A stretch of DNA of 64,000 bases, taken from positions 1,920,001-1,984,000 of the forward strand of contig OY969474.1 in NCBI GenBank assembly GCA_963700145.1, in the 5' to 3' direction. Origin of the DNA: an uncultured Acidobacteriota bacterium (GTDB lineage Bacteria > Acidobacteriota > Thermoanaerobaculia > Multivoradales > UBA5704). Positions 47,611 through 59,260 of the stretch are shown here, piece by piece. Position 1 is the stretch's first letter. Each line of letters starts with the position of its first letter. The position numbers were made by a program, and so were the translations under genes. The notes under the pieces are model-generated. The model had not been told where the DNA came from, ran no database searches, and saw only the letters and a list, made by a program, of their open reading frames with translations.

Positions 47611-47881
47611 GCCGCCGGAAGCTTCCCCCTCGCCGCCGGAAGCTTCCCCCTCGCCTCCGGAGGCTTCCGCACCTGCTCCGGAAGCTTCCGCCCCGCCTCC
47701 GGAAGCTTCCCGTTCACCTCCGGAAGCTTCCGCTTCGCCTCCGGAAGCTTCCGCTCCTCCTCAGGAAGCTTCCCGGCCACGTCCGGAAGCTTCCCGCCCG
47801 CCTCCGGAGGCTTCCGCACCACCTCCGGAAGCTTCCGCCCCGCCCTGGGAAGCTTCCGCTCCTCCTCCGGAGGCTTCCGGA
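47611..47881. repeat. 13 x 21-bp tandem array with palindromic core GGAAGCTTCC
   Basis: Cores start at 47617, 47638, 47659, ... 47869 with an exact 21-bp period; three copies read GGAGGCTTCC; the intervening 11 bp vary. Confidence 0.95.
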
Positions 47882-47885
47882 GGGG

Positions 47886-49583
<1,698 letters not shown>

Positions 49584-49674
49584 GCGCGGGGGATTCCTCC
49601 TAGGAACGGCCGGAGGCGCAATCGTAGGAGAGCTGTCCCATCGGAGCAACTACGGAGTCACCGAGAGCAGTAGA

Positions 49675-50103
49675 ATGAGCGATGCCATGATTGTCTTCAT
49701 CAGCCATTCGTCGAAGGATTCCAAGTGGGCGCAAGACCTCTCGCAGCGGCTCCGCCAAGAAGGTCTGGAAGTGTCCAACCCGAGCTCGGACTACGATCCG
49801 GGGAACAACTTCTTTCTCGAAGCCGCCAGGGCTCTCGACCGCGCCGACGCGATGATCGTGCTGATTTCTCCTGCCTTCGTTGGATCCGAATGGGCCGGGA
49901 AGGAACTCGAATACGCCCTCTTCTCGCAAAAGTTCAAAGACCGCTTGATCCCGGTCATCCTTCGCCCCGACGCAGAGATGCCGTGGATCCTGCGTCGTCT
50001 GCAGCCACTCGAGGCCCATGATCCCGCGACGGTCGACGAGATCATTCGCCGTCTGAAACAGCCGGACGCTCCACATTCGCGCGCACGTGCCGATTCCCGC
50101 TGA
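49675..50103 (+). CDS. Stand-alone TIR-domain protein 1
   Basis: VFISHSSKD, IVLISPAFVGSEWAGKEL, LIPVIL; start may be ATG 49687. Confidence 0.88.
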   Translation: MSDAMIVFISHSSKDSKWAQDLSQRLRQEGLEVSNPSSDYDPGNNFFLEAARALDRADAMIVLISPAFVGSEWAGKELEYALFSQKFKDRLIPVILRPDAEMPWILRRLQPLEAHDPATVDEIIRRLKQPDAPHSRARADSR

Positions 50104-50503
50104 GCTGTTCCTCTCCCATTCGGATCAGGATCGCGACTTCGCCGAAGCTTTGGGCGCAGTCCTCGGGCGCCACGGAGTGCCCTACTGGTACAGCCGGCGC
50201 GATCTCCGCGGCGCCGATATTTGGCACGACGAGATCGGTACCGCGCTGCATCGGTGCGACTGGTTTCTCCTCGCGCTCTCTCCCGCCGCCATCGATTCGA
50301 TGTGGGTGAAGCGGGAGCTCAACTTCGCATTGCGCGACCCACGGTACGAGGGGCACATCGTGCCCGTGCTTTACCAGCCCTGCGCCTACGAGAGCCTCTC
50401 GTGGACGCTCGGCGCGATCGAGAGGATCGACTTCACGGCCGGCTTTGACGAAGGCTGTCGCGAGCTGCTGCGCATCTGGGGCTTGGGCTACCGCCCAGCG
50501 TAG
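50087..50503 (+). CDS. Stand-alone TIR-domain protein 2
   Basis: LFLSHSDQD, EIGTAL..CD.FLL.LSP.AIDS.WVKREL, IVPVLY, IDF. Confidence 0.9.
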   Translation: MPIPAELFLSHSDQDRDFAEALGAVLGRHGVPYWYSRRDLRGADIWHDEIGTALHRCDWFLLALSPAAIDSMWVKRELNFALRDPRYEGHIVPVLYQPCAYESLSWTLGAIERIDFTAGFDEGCRELLRIWGLGYRPA

Positions 50504-50672
50504 ATGTCTTAGCGTAGCTCCCCACGAGCTCTCACCGTTCCCTACTCGAGCTAAGGCCTACACCTGCGTGCCGCCGCGGCGAGAAGACAAAGTCACCGAA
50601 GGACTAGCGGCTTGTTCGACGTGAACGGCTGAGTACTGTGTCTTCCGAGTGCGGACATGTGCCTCCGGAGTA

Positions 50673-50708
50673 GCCGCCGCCCAGATCCTTCGCTGTGCTC
50701 AGGATGAC
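50673..50708 (-). repeat. REP-like palindromic repeat, copy 3 (degenerate opposite half-copy at about 50741-50768)
   Basis: GCCGCCGCCCAGATCCTTCGCTGTGCTCAGGATGAC. Confidence 0.8.
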
Positions 50709-50783
50709 GAGAGTGCTCATGCCGGACACGACCCCATTTTGAGCGAAGCCTAGCGCAGCGAAGGATATTGGGGCTGACGCTTC

Positions 50784-53700
50784 TTAGCGGGTTCCGGCGA
50801 CTGGCGCTTGGCCGAGCGCCGCCAGGTCGGCGCCGTTCTCGCGCGCCTCCTTGGCGGCGCGCTGGTACTCCTCGCCCTTGCCCAGCGCCTTGGCGGCGAT
50901 CGCCAGGAGCACCTGCCCTTCGGTGCCCTCGATGCCGCCGCTCTCGATTCCCCGGCGCAGCCGCTTGAAGGCGCGGTCGTAGACGCCGCGCTGCATCTCG
51001 AGGCGCGACTCGAGGACCTTCATCTCGCGGCCGATCCAGCCGCCCATCCCCTCCTCGAGGGTGCGGTCGGCGCGCTCGAAGTCGGCCTGCGCCTCCGCGG
51101 TCCGCCCCTGGTCGAGGTGGAGGCGGGCGAGCCCCAAGTGGATCTGTCCGTCGAGGAGCCGCCGCTCGCGGCCGTCGTCCTCGCTCTCCTCGTCGCTGCC
51201 CTCGACCTCGCCTTCGACCGGCGCCGCCAGCGCCCGGGCGAACAGCTCGCCGGCGCGGGCCCCGTCGCCGCCCGCCGCGGCGTCCATCGCCTGGTACCAG
51301 AGCACCCGCTTGGGCGAGCGGCTCTCGTCGAAGAAGCGGCCGAAGACCTCCTCGTGGCGGTCCATCCAGAAGCCCTTCGGCTCGTGCTCGACCGCGATGT
51401 CGAAGTTCGAGGTCTCGCCGCGGATCAGGATGTGGGCGCGGCCGGTCAGGTTCGCCTGCTCCTTGCCGTCGCGCCGGGCCTTGCCGGCCGGCGGCTTGCG
51501 CGGGTCGTAGAGGGTCATCTCGACCGGCACGACCAGCGCCGAGTCGGCGACGGCGACCTGCTCCAGCCGCTCGCGCGCGACGTCGAAGCCGGCGGCGGTC
51601 TTGACCGCGCGGTAGCGGAAGCGGTAGGGCGCCTGCTGCCGCGCCGTGCCCTTGACCGCCCACCCCGCCTCGCCCTTCTCGAAGCGGTAGGTGTAGTACA
51701 CCTCGGGGAGGCCGGTGCCGTAGACGTACTGGTCGGCGAACCAGTCGAGCTCGCCGCCGGTCATCTTCTCGAAGAGGACGAAGAGGTCCTCGGTCGAGAG
51801 CGGCCGGTGCGCCACGACGCGCGCCGTCTCCTTGAGCATGCGGGCGAAGGTCTCCTCGCCGACGCTGCGCGCCAGCATGTCGAGGATCACTGCGCCCTTG
51901 TAGTAGACGATCGCCTGGTAGGCGGCGTCGGAGCGGCTCGACACCAGCCGGGCGCCGAGCACCACCGGCCCCACCGCCTCGACCGGCCGGCCGTCGTCGA
52001 GGGTCTCGGTCAAGGCGCGCTGCCAGCCGGTCGTCGGCCCGATGCGGGCGCGGTCCAGCCACTCCAGCTTGTTCTTGGCGTAGAGCAGGGCGGCGTAGTT
52101 GGCCAGGGCCTCGGAGAGCCACTGGTCGCGGTAGCTCGACCACCCCACCATGTGCCCCCACCACTGGTGGGCGATCTCGTGCGCCACGATGGTGCGCCGG
52201 TCCTCGAAGCCGAGCAGCTCCTGCAGCCAGTCGAGGTCGGCCATCATCAAGTTGGAAAGAGTGACGAAGCCGAGCATCGCCTGCGAGAACTCGCGCGGGC
52301 TGGTGACGACCGTCAGGTGGTCGAGCGGGTAGGGACCGAAGATCTCCTCGAAGTAGGCGAGCGACCCTGCCACCGCCTGCGCGATCTCCTCGCGCTCGGC
52401 GCGCCCGACGATGTCCTTGCCGGCGGCGTCGAAGGCGAGGGTGACGGTGACGTGGCCCGCCGGCACGGTCTGGACGTCGAAGTGCCCGACCTCGAAGGCG
52501 AAGCCGACGGCCGGGAGGTCGAGGGTGCGCCGCTCCCAGCGCGTTCCGCCGCGCTCGCCGCCGTCGGCGCGGACCCCGCTGGCCAGCAGGTCGAGCTGCT
52601 TCGGCCAGGTGAAGGTCGCGTCGTAGCGGGCGCGGTCGAGGGTGCCGGCGCGCGGGTACCAGTCCTGGGTGTCGAGCAGCTGGTAGGCGCGGCCGTCGCG
52701 GTGGAGGAGGTTGCCGGCGTACTCGACGACGACCGCCAGCGGCTCGCCGGCCTCGGGCGCCGCCGGCAGGAAGACGTTGAGCTCGCCCGCCGAGCGCAGG
52801 AAGAAGAGCGGCGCGCCGGCGCCGTCGGTCACCCGCTTGACCTCGAGGTCGCGCGACAGGCGCAGCGCCAGGTTGCGCGAGCGCAGCACGGGCTGGAGGT
52901 CGAGGCGGGCCTTGCCGACGAGCCGCTCTCCCTTCTCGGCGATCGTCACCTCCAGTGTGTACTTCTCGGGCTCGAAGGCGGCGGTGCCGGGCAGGGGCTT
53001 GCCGTCCTTGGCGCGCAGCGCCGCGGAGAGCCAGGTGTCCCACTGCCCCATGTCGTCGAGCTCGACGCCCATCAGGCGGCCGCGGCGCTGCTCGCGGTGC
53101 ACGGCGCGGCGCAGGCGCCGCTTCTCGCGCGCGCTCGCCTCCAGCGGCACGAAGCGGCCTAGCGTGACCTGCTCCTGCGCGTCGGGCTCGACCACGTAGA
53201 GGAAGTCCCCGAGCTCGCCGCCGCGGCACCAGGCGGCGAAGTAGCGCTGGTAGAGCGGATCGGCGGCGGCGTCCATGAAGACCCCGGCCTCGACGTTGAG
53301 GAGTCGCCGCTGCGCGCTCCCCTTCCAGGCAGCGTAGAACGCCTCGGCGGCCTTGACCGCCTCGGGCGGGAGCGCGGCGGCCTTGGGCTTCTTGAGCAGG
53401 GCGTCGACGGCGCCGTCCATCCCCAGCACCAAGACCGCCTCGGTGAAAGGCTGGTCGAAGCGGCCGTCGCCGGTGAAGAGCTCGAGCTGCCCGGCCTCGA
53501 TCCGGTCCGGCGGCTCGACCGTGATGCGGCCGCTGCCGCGGAAGACCATCTCGACCACCCGGCCGCCGACCGGCGTCGCCGGCAGGAGCACCCCGTCGTC
53601 GAGCCGCAGCGTGCCGATCCCGGCCTCCAGCTTGACGCGGCTGACCTGGACGGCGCCGGCCGGCTCCAGCCGCGCGGCGCGCACCTGGGCGAGGAGGGCC

Positions 53701-53795
53701 GCGGGGTCGGGCTCGGCGGCGCGCGCGGAGACGGGAGCGGACAGAGCGGCGGCGAGCAGGGCGAGGACGGCGGACGGGCGTCGTACGGCGGACAT
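50784..53795 (-). CDS. M1-family aminopeptidase with C-terminal TPR-like region
   Basis: AHEIAHQWWG...WLSEALA (HExxH+E), YYKGA; signal peptide. Confidence 0.88.
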   Translation of the reverse strand: MSAVRRPSAVLALLAAALSAPVSARAAEPDPAALLAQVRAARLEPAGAVQVSRVKLEAGIGTLRLDDGVLLPATPVGGRVVEMVFRGSGRITVEPPDRIEAGQLELFTGDGRFDQPFTEAVLVLGMDGAVDALLKKPKAAALPPEAVKAAEAFYAAWKGSAQRRLLNVEAGVFMDAAADPLYQRYFAAWCRGGELGDFLYVVEPDAQEQVTLGRFVPLEASAREKRRLRRAVHREQRRGRLMGVELDDMGQWDTWLSAALRAKDGKPLPGTAAFEPEKYTLEVTIAEKGERLVGKARLDLQPVLRSRNLALRLSRDLEVKRVTDGAGAPLFFLRSAGELNVFLPAAPEAGEPLAVVVEYAGNLLHRDGRAYQLLDTQDWYPRAGTLDRARYDATFTWPKQLDLLASGVRADGGERGGTRWERRTLDLPAVGFAFEVGHFDVQTVPAGHVTVTLAFDAAGKDIVGRAEREEIAQAVAGSLAYFEEIFGPYPLDHLTVVTSPREFSQAMLGFVTLSNLMMADLDWLQELLGFEDRRTIVAHEIAHQWWGHMVGWSSYRDQWLSEALANYAALLYAKNKLEWLDRARIGPTTGWQRALTETLDDGRPVEAVGPVVLGARLVSSRSDAAYQAIVYYKGAVILDMLARSVGEETFARMLKETARVVAHRPLSTEDLFVLFEKMTGGELDWFADQYVYGTGLPEVYYTYRFEKGEAGWAVKGTARQQAPYRFRYRAVKTAAGFDVARERLEQVAVADSALVVPVEMTLYDPRKPPAGKARRDGKEQANLTGRAHILIRGETSNFDIAVEHEPKGFWMDRHEEVFGRFFDESRSPKRVLWYQAMDAAAGGDGARAGELFARALAAPVEGEVEGSDEESEDDGRERRLLDGQIHLGLARLHLDQGRTAEAQADFERADRTLEEGMGGWIGREMKVLESRLEMQRGVYDRAFKRLRRGIESGGIEGTEGQVLLAIAAKALGKGEEYQRAAKEARENGADLAALGQAPVAGTR

Positions 53796-53834
53796 CGGAG
53801 CTCCTTGGCGCGACGGAGAAACTTCCGGATTTTA

Positions 53835-55031
53835 TCAAACCGGCCGCGCCGGGACCACGCGGCGCGGCGCCGCGACGGCGATGCCGGCGGCGGCGGCCAG
53901 GGCGAGGGCGGCGCCGAGGCCGAAGGCGGCGGGGGCGCCGGCGCGGTCCCAGACGAAGCCGAAGAGGAGGGCGGCGGGGAGGGCGCCGAGGCCGAGGGTC
54001 AGGTTGTACCAGCCGAAGGCGGTGCCGCGCCGCGCAGCGGGCACGAGGTCCGCGACCAGCGCCTTCTCGACCCCCTCGGTCAGGCCGAAGTGGACGCCGT
54101 AGGCGGCGAAGAGGGCCCAGACCTGCCACTCCGCCCGCGCCGCGCCCAGGCCGAGGTAGACGAGCGCGTAGAGCCCCCAGCCGGCGACCAGCAAGGGCTT
54201 TCTGCCCAGCCGGTCGGAGAGCGCGCCGCCGGGGGTGCTGGCCAGCGCCTTGACCGCGTGCAGGAGGGCCCAGAGGACCGGGATGAGCGGCGCCGCCACC
54301 CCGAGCTGCGCCGCGCGCAGCAGGAGGAAGGCGTCGCTGGAGTTGCCGAGGGCGAAGAGGAGGATGACCGCGAGGACGGCCCAGAAGCGGCGCGGGAGGG
54401 GGACGCGGAGGTCGGCGGCGGCGGGCGCGGCGGGCGAAGGCTCCGTCGCCCGCGGCGTCTCGCGCACGGCGACGATCAGGAGGATGACGGAGAGGACGCC
54501 CGGCACCGCCGACCAGAGGAAGACCTCGCGCAGCGGCATCCCGGTCCAGCTCAGGAGGGCGAAGGCCACCAGCGGCCCCACCACGGCGCCGGCGTGGTCG
54601 CCGGCGCGCTGGAAGCCGAAGGCGCGGCCGCGCACCTCGGGCGGGGTCGAGTCGGCGATCAGGGCATCGCGCGGCGAGGTGCGGATCCCCTTGCCGACGC
54701 GGTCGCCGAGGCGGATCGCCAGGACCTGCGCCGGCGCACGCGCCAGCCCGACGAGCGGCCGCAGCACGGTCGCCAGGGCGTACCCCAGGACGACCAGGGG
54801 CTTCCGCCGGCGCAGGCGGTCCGACCACCAGCCGCTGCCGAGCTTCAAGAAGGCGGCGGTCGATTCGGCGGCCCCTTCGATCGCCCCGAGCGCCGTCGCC
54901 CCGGCCCCCAGGACGCCGGTCAGGAAGAGCGGCAGGAGGGGGTAGATCATCTCGCTCGAGGCGTCGGTCAGGAAGCTGACCGCGGCCAGGGCGACGACGT
55001 TCCTGCCGAGGCGGGGGCGGACGGCGGGCAT
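53835..55031 (-). CDS. MFS transporter
   Basis: SFLTDASSEMIYPLLP, SDRLRRRK, DRVGKGIRTSPRDALIA, multiple TM helices. Confidence 0.92.
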   Translation of the reverse strand: MPAVRPRLGRNVVALAAVSFLTDASSEMIYPLLPLFLTGVLGAGATALGAIEGAAESTAAFLKLGSGWWSDRLRRRKPLVVLGYALATVLRPLVGLARAPAQVLAIRLGDRVGKGIRTSPRDALIADSTPPEVRGRAFGFQRAGDHAGAVVGPLVAFALLSWTGMPLREVFLWSAVPGVLSVILLIVAVRETPRATEPSPAAPAAADLRVPLPRRFWAVLAVILLFALGNSSDAFLLLRAAQLGVAAPLIPVLWALLHAVKALASTPGGALSDRLGRKPLLVAGWGLYALVYLGLGAARAEWQVWALFAAYGVHFGLTEGVEKALVADLVPAARRGTAFGWYNLTLGLGALPAALLFGFVWDRAGAPAAFGLGAALALAAAAGIAVAAPRRVVPARPV

Positions 55032-55058
55032 GCGGGCGGTAGTATCCTTCACTCACAG

Positions 55059-55982
55059 ATGCCCCTCGAGATCGGCTCCGCCTGGCAGCGCGCCTGGGAC
55101 GGCACGGCGCGGCGGCTCTTCCGCCCCTTCGACTTCCGCACCTGGCTCTGGCTGGGGTTCTCGGCCTGGCTGGCCCACCTCCTCGAAGGCGGCACCGGCT
55201 CGGTCAGCTTCCCGGCCGACTTCCCCGTAGGCGCCGACGACGGGCCGGAGCTGGGGCGGGCGGGGGAGTGGATCGGCGAGAACCTGGGCTGCATCCTCGC
55301 CGTCGTCGTCCCGATCGTCCTGCTGCTGCTCGCGGTAGTGGTCGTCCTCTCCTACCTCAAGGCCCGCGCCGAGTTCGTCTTCCTCGACCAAGCGGTCGGC
55401 GGCCACATTCGCTTCGAGGGGCCCTGGCACGCCTACCGCCGCGAAGGGAGGTCGCTCTTCCTCTGGCGCTGGGGCCTCTTGGGGGTGACGTTCGCCGCGA
55501 TCGTGGTCCTCGTCGGGCTGGGCGTCCTGCTCTGGCTCCCCGCCCGCGACGGGCTCGACACCGGCCTCGCCGTCGCCGCGCGGATCGCGCTGACGGCGCC
55601 GATCGTCCTCCTCTTCACCCTCGCCGTGCTCGCCTGCGTGCTCGCCGACTTCTTCCTGAAGCACTTCGTGGTGCCGATCATGGCCAAGCACCACCTGACG
55701 GCGTCCGCCGCCTGGCGCCGCTTCCTGCCGCTCCTGCGCGCCAACGCCGGGGGGTTCGCCCTCTACGTCATCGTGACGCTGGCGGTGTGGATGGTGGTCG
55801 GCATGGCGGTCCTCTTCGCCGGCTGCATGACCTGCTGCATCGGCTTCGTCCTCCTCGCGATCCCGTGGCTCGGCATCCTGCCGCTGCTGCCGGCGCTGCT
55901 CTTCTTCCGGCTGCTCTCGGTCCACTACCTGGCCCAGCTCGGGCCGGAGTACGACCTCTTCGCCCAGACGCCGGCCGCCTGA
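55059..55982 (+). CDS. Conserved multi-pass membrane hypothetical protein
   Basis: LFRPFDFRTWLWLGF, FVVPIM, GCMTCCIG; several TM helices. Confidence 0.75.
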   Translation: MPLEIGSAWQRAWDGTARRLFRPFDFRTWLWLGFSAWLAHLLEGGTGSVSFPADFPVGADDGPELGRAGEWIGENLGCILAVVVPIVLLLLAVVVVLSYLKARAEFVFLDQAVGGHIRFEGPWHAYRREGRSLFLWRWGLLGVTFAAIVVLVGLGVLLWLPARDGLDTGLAVAARIALTAPIVLLFTLAVLACVLADFFLKHFVVPIMAKHHLTASAAWRRFLPLLRANAGGFALYVIVTLAVWMVVGMAVLFAGCMTCCIGFVLLAIPWLGILPLLPALLFFRLLSVHYLAQLGPEYDLFAQTPAA

Positions 55983-55989
55983 AACGAGA

Positions 55990-56020
55990 ACGGCCGGCGG
56001 GGTCGCCCCCCACCGGCCGT
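55990..56020. terminator. Hairpin between convergent genes
   Basis: ACGGCCGGCGGGG-TCGCC-CCCCACCGGCCGT. Confidence 0.5.
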
Positions 56021-56045
56021 CGGTCTCGTCGCGAAGCGGGCGCGG

Positions 56046-56699
56046 CTACTCTTCGGCCGCGTCATCCCGCTTGGCCGGCTTCTTCTTCGCCGGCTTCTTG
56101 GCGCCGCCGGCGGGCTTCGCCTGCTTCTGCTTGGCGGGCTTGGCCGCCTTGGCCGCGCCCTTGGCCTTCACCTTCCCCTTCCCCTTCCCCTTGGGCTCCT
56201 CCCCCTCCTCTGCCTCGGCCTCGGCGGCCTTGCCGCGGCGGCCCACCCCGGCCAGCCGCGCCGCCGCGGCCGCCATGGCACCGCGCTTGGCCGGCTTCTT
56301 CGCCGGCTTCCCGCCCTCCGCCGGCTCCGTCCCCGCCCCGTCCGCGCGCTCGACCAGCTCCAGCAGGGCCATCTCCGCGCCGTCCCCCTTGCGGGGGCCG
56401 AGCTTGACGATCCGCAAGTAGCCGCCCGGGCGCTCGGCGAAGCGCGGCGCGATCTCGTCGAACACCTTCCGGACCAGGTCGCGGTCGGGGATCCAGCGCA
56501 GCACCCAGCGGCGGGCGTGCACCGTGCCGTGCTTGCCGTGGGTGATCACCCGCTCGGCGATCGGCCGCAGCTCCTTGGCCTTCGGCAAGGTGGTCTTGAT
56601 CCGCTCCGCCGCCATCAGCGACTGCAGCTGGTTGCGGAAGAGCGCCTCGCGGTGGGCGGAGGTCCGCCCCAGCTTCCTGCCCTTGACGCCGTGACGCAT
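56046..56699 (-). CDS. rplQ: 50S ribosomal protein L17 with Lys/Ala-rich tail
   Basis: [36 protein letters not shown]. Confidence 0.97.
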   Translation of the reverse strand: MRHGVKGRKLGRTSAHREALFRNQLQSLMAAERIKTTLPKAKELRPIAERVITHGKHGTVHARRWVLRWIPDRDLVRKVFDEIAPRFAERPGGYLRIVKLGPRKGDGAEMALLELVERADGAGTEPAEGGKPAKKPAKRGAMAAAAARLAGVGRRGKAAEAEAEEGEEPKGKGKGKVKAKGAAKAAKPAKQKQAKPAGGAKKPAKKKPAKRDDAAEE

Positions 56700-56711
56700 G
56701 ATTTCCTCTCC

Positions 56712-57692
56712 TTAAGCCGAGGCGCCGACGCCGACGGGCCTGTCCGGCACGTCCATGCCGAGCGAGAGGCCCAGCTTGTCGAGGACTTCCTGCACCTCTT
56801 CGAGCGACTTCTTGCCGAAGTTCTTGGTCTCCATCATGTCGCGCTCGCTCCGGCGCACCAGGTCGCGGAGGGTGTGGATGTTGGCGTTCTTGAGCGAGTT
56901 GGCCGAGCGCACCGAGAGGTCGAGGTCGTCGATCGACTTGGCCAGCAGGGCGTCGATCCCAGCCAGCTCCTCGGAGGCGCCGGCCTCGCGCCGCAGCCCC
57001 TCCTCGGCGCCGAAGATGGCGAGGTGCTCCTGCAGCAGCTCCGCCGCCATCGACACCGCCGTCTCGGGGGTGATCGTGCCGTTGGTCCAGACCTCGAGGA
57101 TCAGCCGCTCGTAGTCGGTGGCCTGGCCGACGCGCGCCGCCTCGATCTTGTAGTTGACCCGCCGCACCGGCGAGTGGGCGGAATCGACCGGGATCCAGCC
57201 GATGCCCATCGACTCGTCGCTGTTGCGGTCGGCCGAGACGTAGCCGCGGCCGCGCTTGACCAGGGCCTGGAGCTTGAGCCGGCCCTCCTCGTTGAGGGTG
57301 GCGATGTGCACGTCCGGGTCCACCACCTCGAGCGTCGGGTCCTCGGTCATCTGGCCGGCCTTGACCGCGCCTTCGCCGTCGACGTCGATGACCAGCACCT
57401 TCGGCTCCTCGCCGTGGAGGAGGATCGGCACCTGCTTCAGGTTGAGGATGATGTCGGTGACGTCCTCGACCACGCCGGCCAGCGAGGAGAACTCGTGGAG
57501 CACCCCCTCGATGTGCACGGCGGTGATCGCCGCCCCCTCGATCGAGGAGAGCAGGCAGCGGCGCAGGGCGTTGCCGACGGTGGTGGCGAACCCGCGCTCG
57601 AACGGCTGCGCGGTGAAGCGGCCGTACGTCGGGGTCAGGGTCTCGGTGTCGATCTCGACCCGCTTGGGTCGCTGAAAACCTCTAGTCGTCAT
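56712..57692 (-). CDS. rpoA: RNA polymerase alpha subunit
   Basis: PFERGFATTVGNALRR.LLSSI.G, LSVRSANSLK, NFGKKSL.E. Confidence 0.97.
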   Translation of the reverse strand: MTTRGFQRPKRVEIDTETLTPTYGRFTAQPFERGFATTVGNALRRCLLSSIEGAAITAVHIEGVLHEFSSLAGVVEDVTDIILNLKQVPILLHGEEPKVLVIDVDGEGAVKAGQMTEDPTLEVVDPDVHIATLNEEGRLKLQALVKRGRGYVSADRNSDESMGIGWIPVDSAHSPVRRVNYKIEAARVGQATDYERLILEVWTNGTITPETAVSMAAELLQEHLAIFGAEEGLRREAGASEELAGIDALLAKSIDDLDLSVRSANSLKNANIHTLRDLVRRSERDMMETKNFGKKSLEEVQEVLDKLGLSLGMDVPDRPVGVGASA

Positions 57693-57724
57693 GAAGGCTC
57701 CTTCTTAGTGGGCTCCACCCGGGA

Positions 57725-58354
57725 TTACCGGCTGTAGAGCTCGACGATGAGCTGCTCCTGGATCGGGAGCTTGATGTCCTCGCGCGCCGGCTCGCGCAGC
57801 ACCTTGCCGGCCATGTTCTCGGCGTCCAGCTCGAGCCAGTCGGGGACGCCCCGCCCGCGCGCCGTCTCGACGCTCTGGCGGATGAAGTCGTTCCCCTTGC
57901 TTCCCTCGCGCACGGCGATCGTCTGATTGCCGCGCACCTGGTAGGAGGGGATCGAGGTCTTCTTGCCGTCCACCAGCACGTGGCCGTGGCGCACGAACTG
58001 GCGCGCCTGGGCGCGCGAGGCTGCGAACCCCAGGCTGTAGACGACGTTGTCGAGCCGCCTCTCGAGCATCACCAGCAGGTTCTCGCCGGTGATCCCCTTC
58101 TTGCGGTCGGCCTCCCGGAAGTAGGTCCGGAACTGGGCTTCCAGCACGCCGTAGATGCGCTTGACCTTCTGCTTCTCGCGCAGCTGCAGGCCGTAGCCCA
58201 GGGTGCGCCGGCCGCGGCGCTGGCCGTGCTGGCCGGGCGGATAGCCCCGGCGCTCGATGGCGCACTTCTCCTTGAAACAGCGGTCCCCCTTGAGGAACAG
58301 CTTCATCCGCTCCCGGCGGCAGAGCCGGCAGACGGGTCCGGTGTATCTGGCCAC
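57725..58354 (-). CDS. rpsD: 30S ribosomal protein S4 (Zn-binding form)
   Basis: [38 protein letters not shown]. Confidence 0.97.
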   Translation of the reverse strand: MARYTGPVCRLCRRERMKLFLKGDRCFKEKCAIERRGYPPGQHGQRRGRRTLGYGLQLREKQKVKRIYGVLEAQFRTYFREADRKKGITGENLLVMLERRLDNVVYSLGFAASRAQARQFVRHGHVLVDGKKTSIPSYQVRGNQTIAVREGSKGNDFIRQSVETARGRGVPDWLELDAENMAGKVLREPAREDIKLPIQEQLIVELYSR

Positions 58355-58464
58355 TTGCTCTCTCCTTTACGTCCTCTCCGCGACGCTACGCGGACTTCGA
58401 CTCGGGAAGACGCCGGGACGCGGCCCCGGCGCGCCCGGGGCCCGGCGTCCCGCTTCCTGAACGG

Positions 58465-58860
58465 CTAGACGCGGCGGCGCTTGCGCGGCCGGCAGCCGTT
58501 GTGCGGGATGGGCGTGACGTCCTTGATCGACTTGACCTCGATGCCCGCCGCCTGCAGGGCGCGGATGGCCGACTCGCGGCCAGCCCCCGGTCCCTTGACC
58601 AGCACGTCGACCGAGCGCAGCCCCAGGTCCTTGGCCGTGTTGCCGGCCGCCTGCGCCGCCACCTGGGCCGCGAACGGGGTCCCCTTGCGGGAGCCCTTGA
58701 AGCCGATGCGGCCGGCCGACGACCACGCCAGCACGTTCCCCTCGGGGTCGGCCAGCGAGACGATCGTGTTGTTGAAGGTGGCCTGAATGTGCGCCACACC
58801 GTGGGGCACGATCCGCTTCTCCTTCTTCTTGCCGGCCTTCTTCTCACCCGGTTTTGCCAT
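58465..58860 (-). CDS. rpsK: 30S ribosomal protein S11
   Basis: [30 protein letters not shown]. Confidence 0.98.
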   Translation of the reverse strand: MAKPGEKKAGKKKEKRIVPHGVAHIQATFNNTIVSLADPEGNVLAWSSAGRIGFKGSRKGTPFAAQVAAQAAGNTAKDLGLRSVDVLVKGPGAGRESAIRALQAAGIEVKSIKDVTPIPHNGCRPRKRRRV

Positions 58861-58870
58861 TGATGTCCCC

Positions 58871-59254
58871 TTACTTCTTCATTGCCTTCTTTTTGCCCGC
58901 CACGGCGCCGCGGCGCGGGCCTTTGCGGGTGCGGGCGTTGGTCTGCGAGCGCTGGCCGCGCACCGGCAAGTTCTTGCGGTGCCTGACCCCGCGGTAGCTG
59001 CCGATCTCCATCAGCCGCTTGATGTTCTGGCTGACCTCCTTGCGCAGGTCGCCCTCGACGCGCCCTTCGTCCTGGATCACCTTGCGGATCCGGCGCGCCT
59101 CGTCCTCGGTGAGGTCCCTCACCTTGGTGGTCGTCGGCACCGCCGCTTCGGCGAGGATCGCCTGCGCGCGCGAGCGCCCGATGCCGTAGATGTAGGTCAG
59201 CCCGACCCACACCTGCTTGTGCTGGGGGAGGTCCACTCCTGCGATGCGTGCCAT
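58871..59254 (-). CDS. rpsM: 30S ribosomal protein S13
   Basis: [27 protein letters not shown]. Confidence 0.98.
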   Translation of the reverse strand: MARIAGVDLPQHKQVWVGLTYIYGIGRSRAQAILAEAAVPTTTKVRDLTEDEARRIRKVIQDEGRVEGDLRKEVSQNIKRLMEIGSYRGVRHRKNLPVRGQRSQTNARTRKGPRRGAVAGKKKAMKK

Positions 59255-59260
59255 ATGCGC

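Noticed and set aside
49675-50503. Complete Thoeris system
   Set aside because: No ThsA-type effector in the window.
50593-55056. 1487-aa minus-strand ORF and similar long Arg/Pro-rich ORFs throughout the window
   Set aside because: High-GC off-frame artefacts overlapping well-supported genes.
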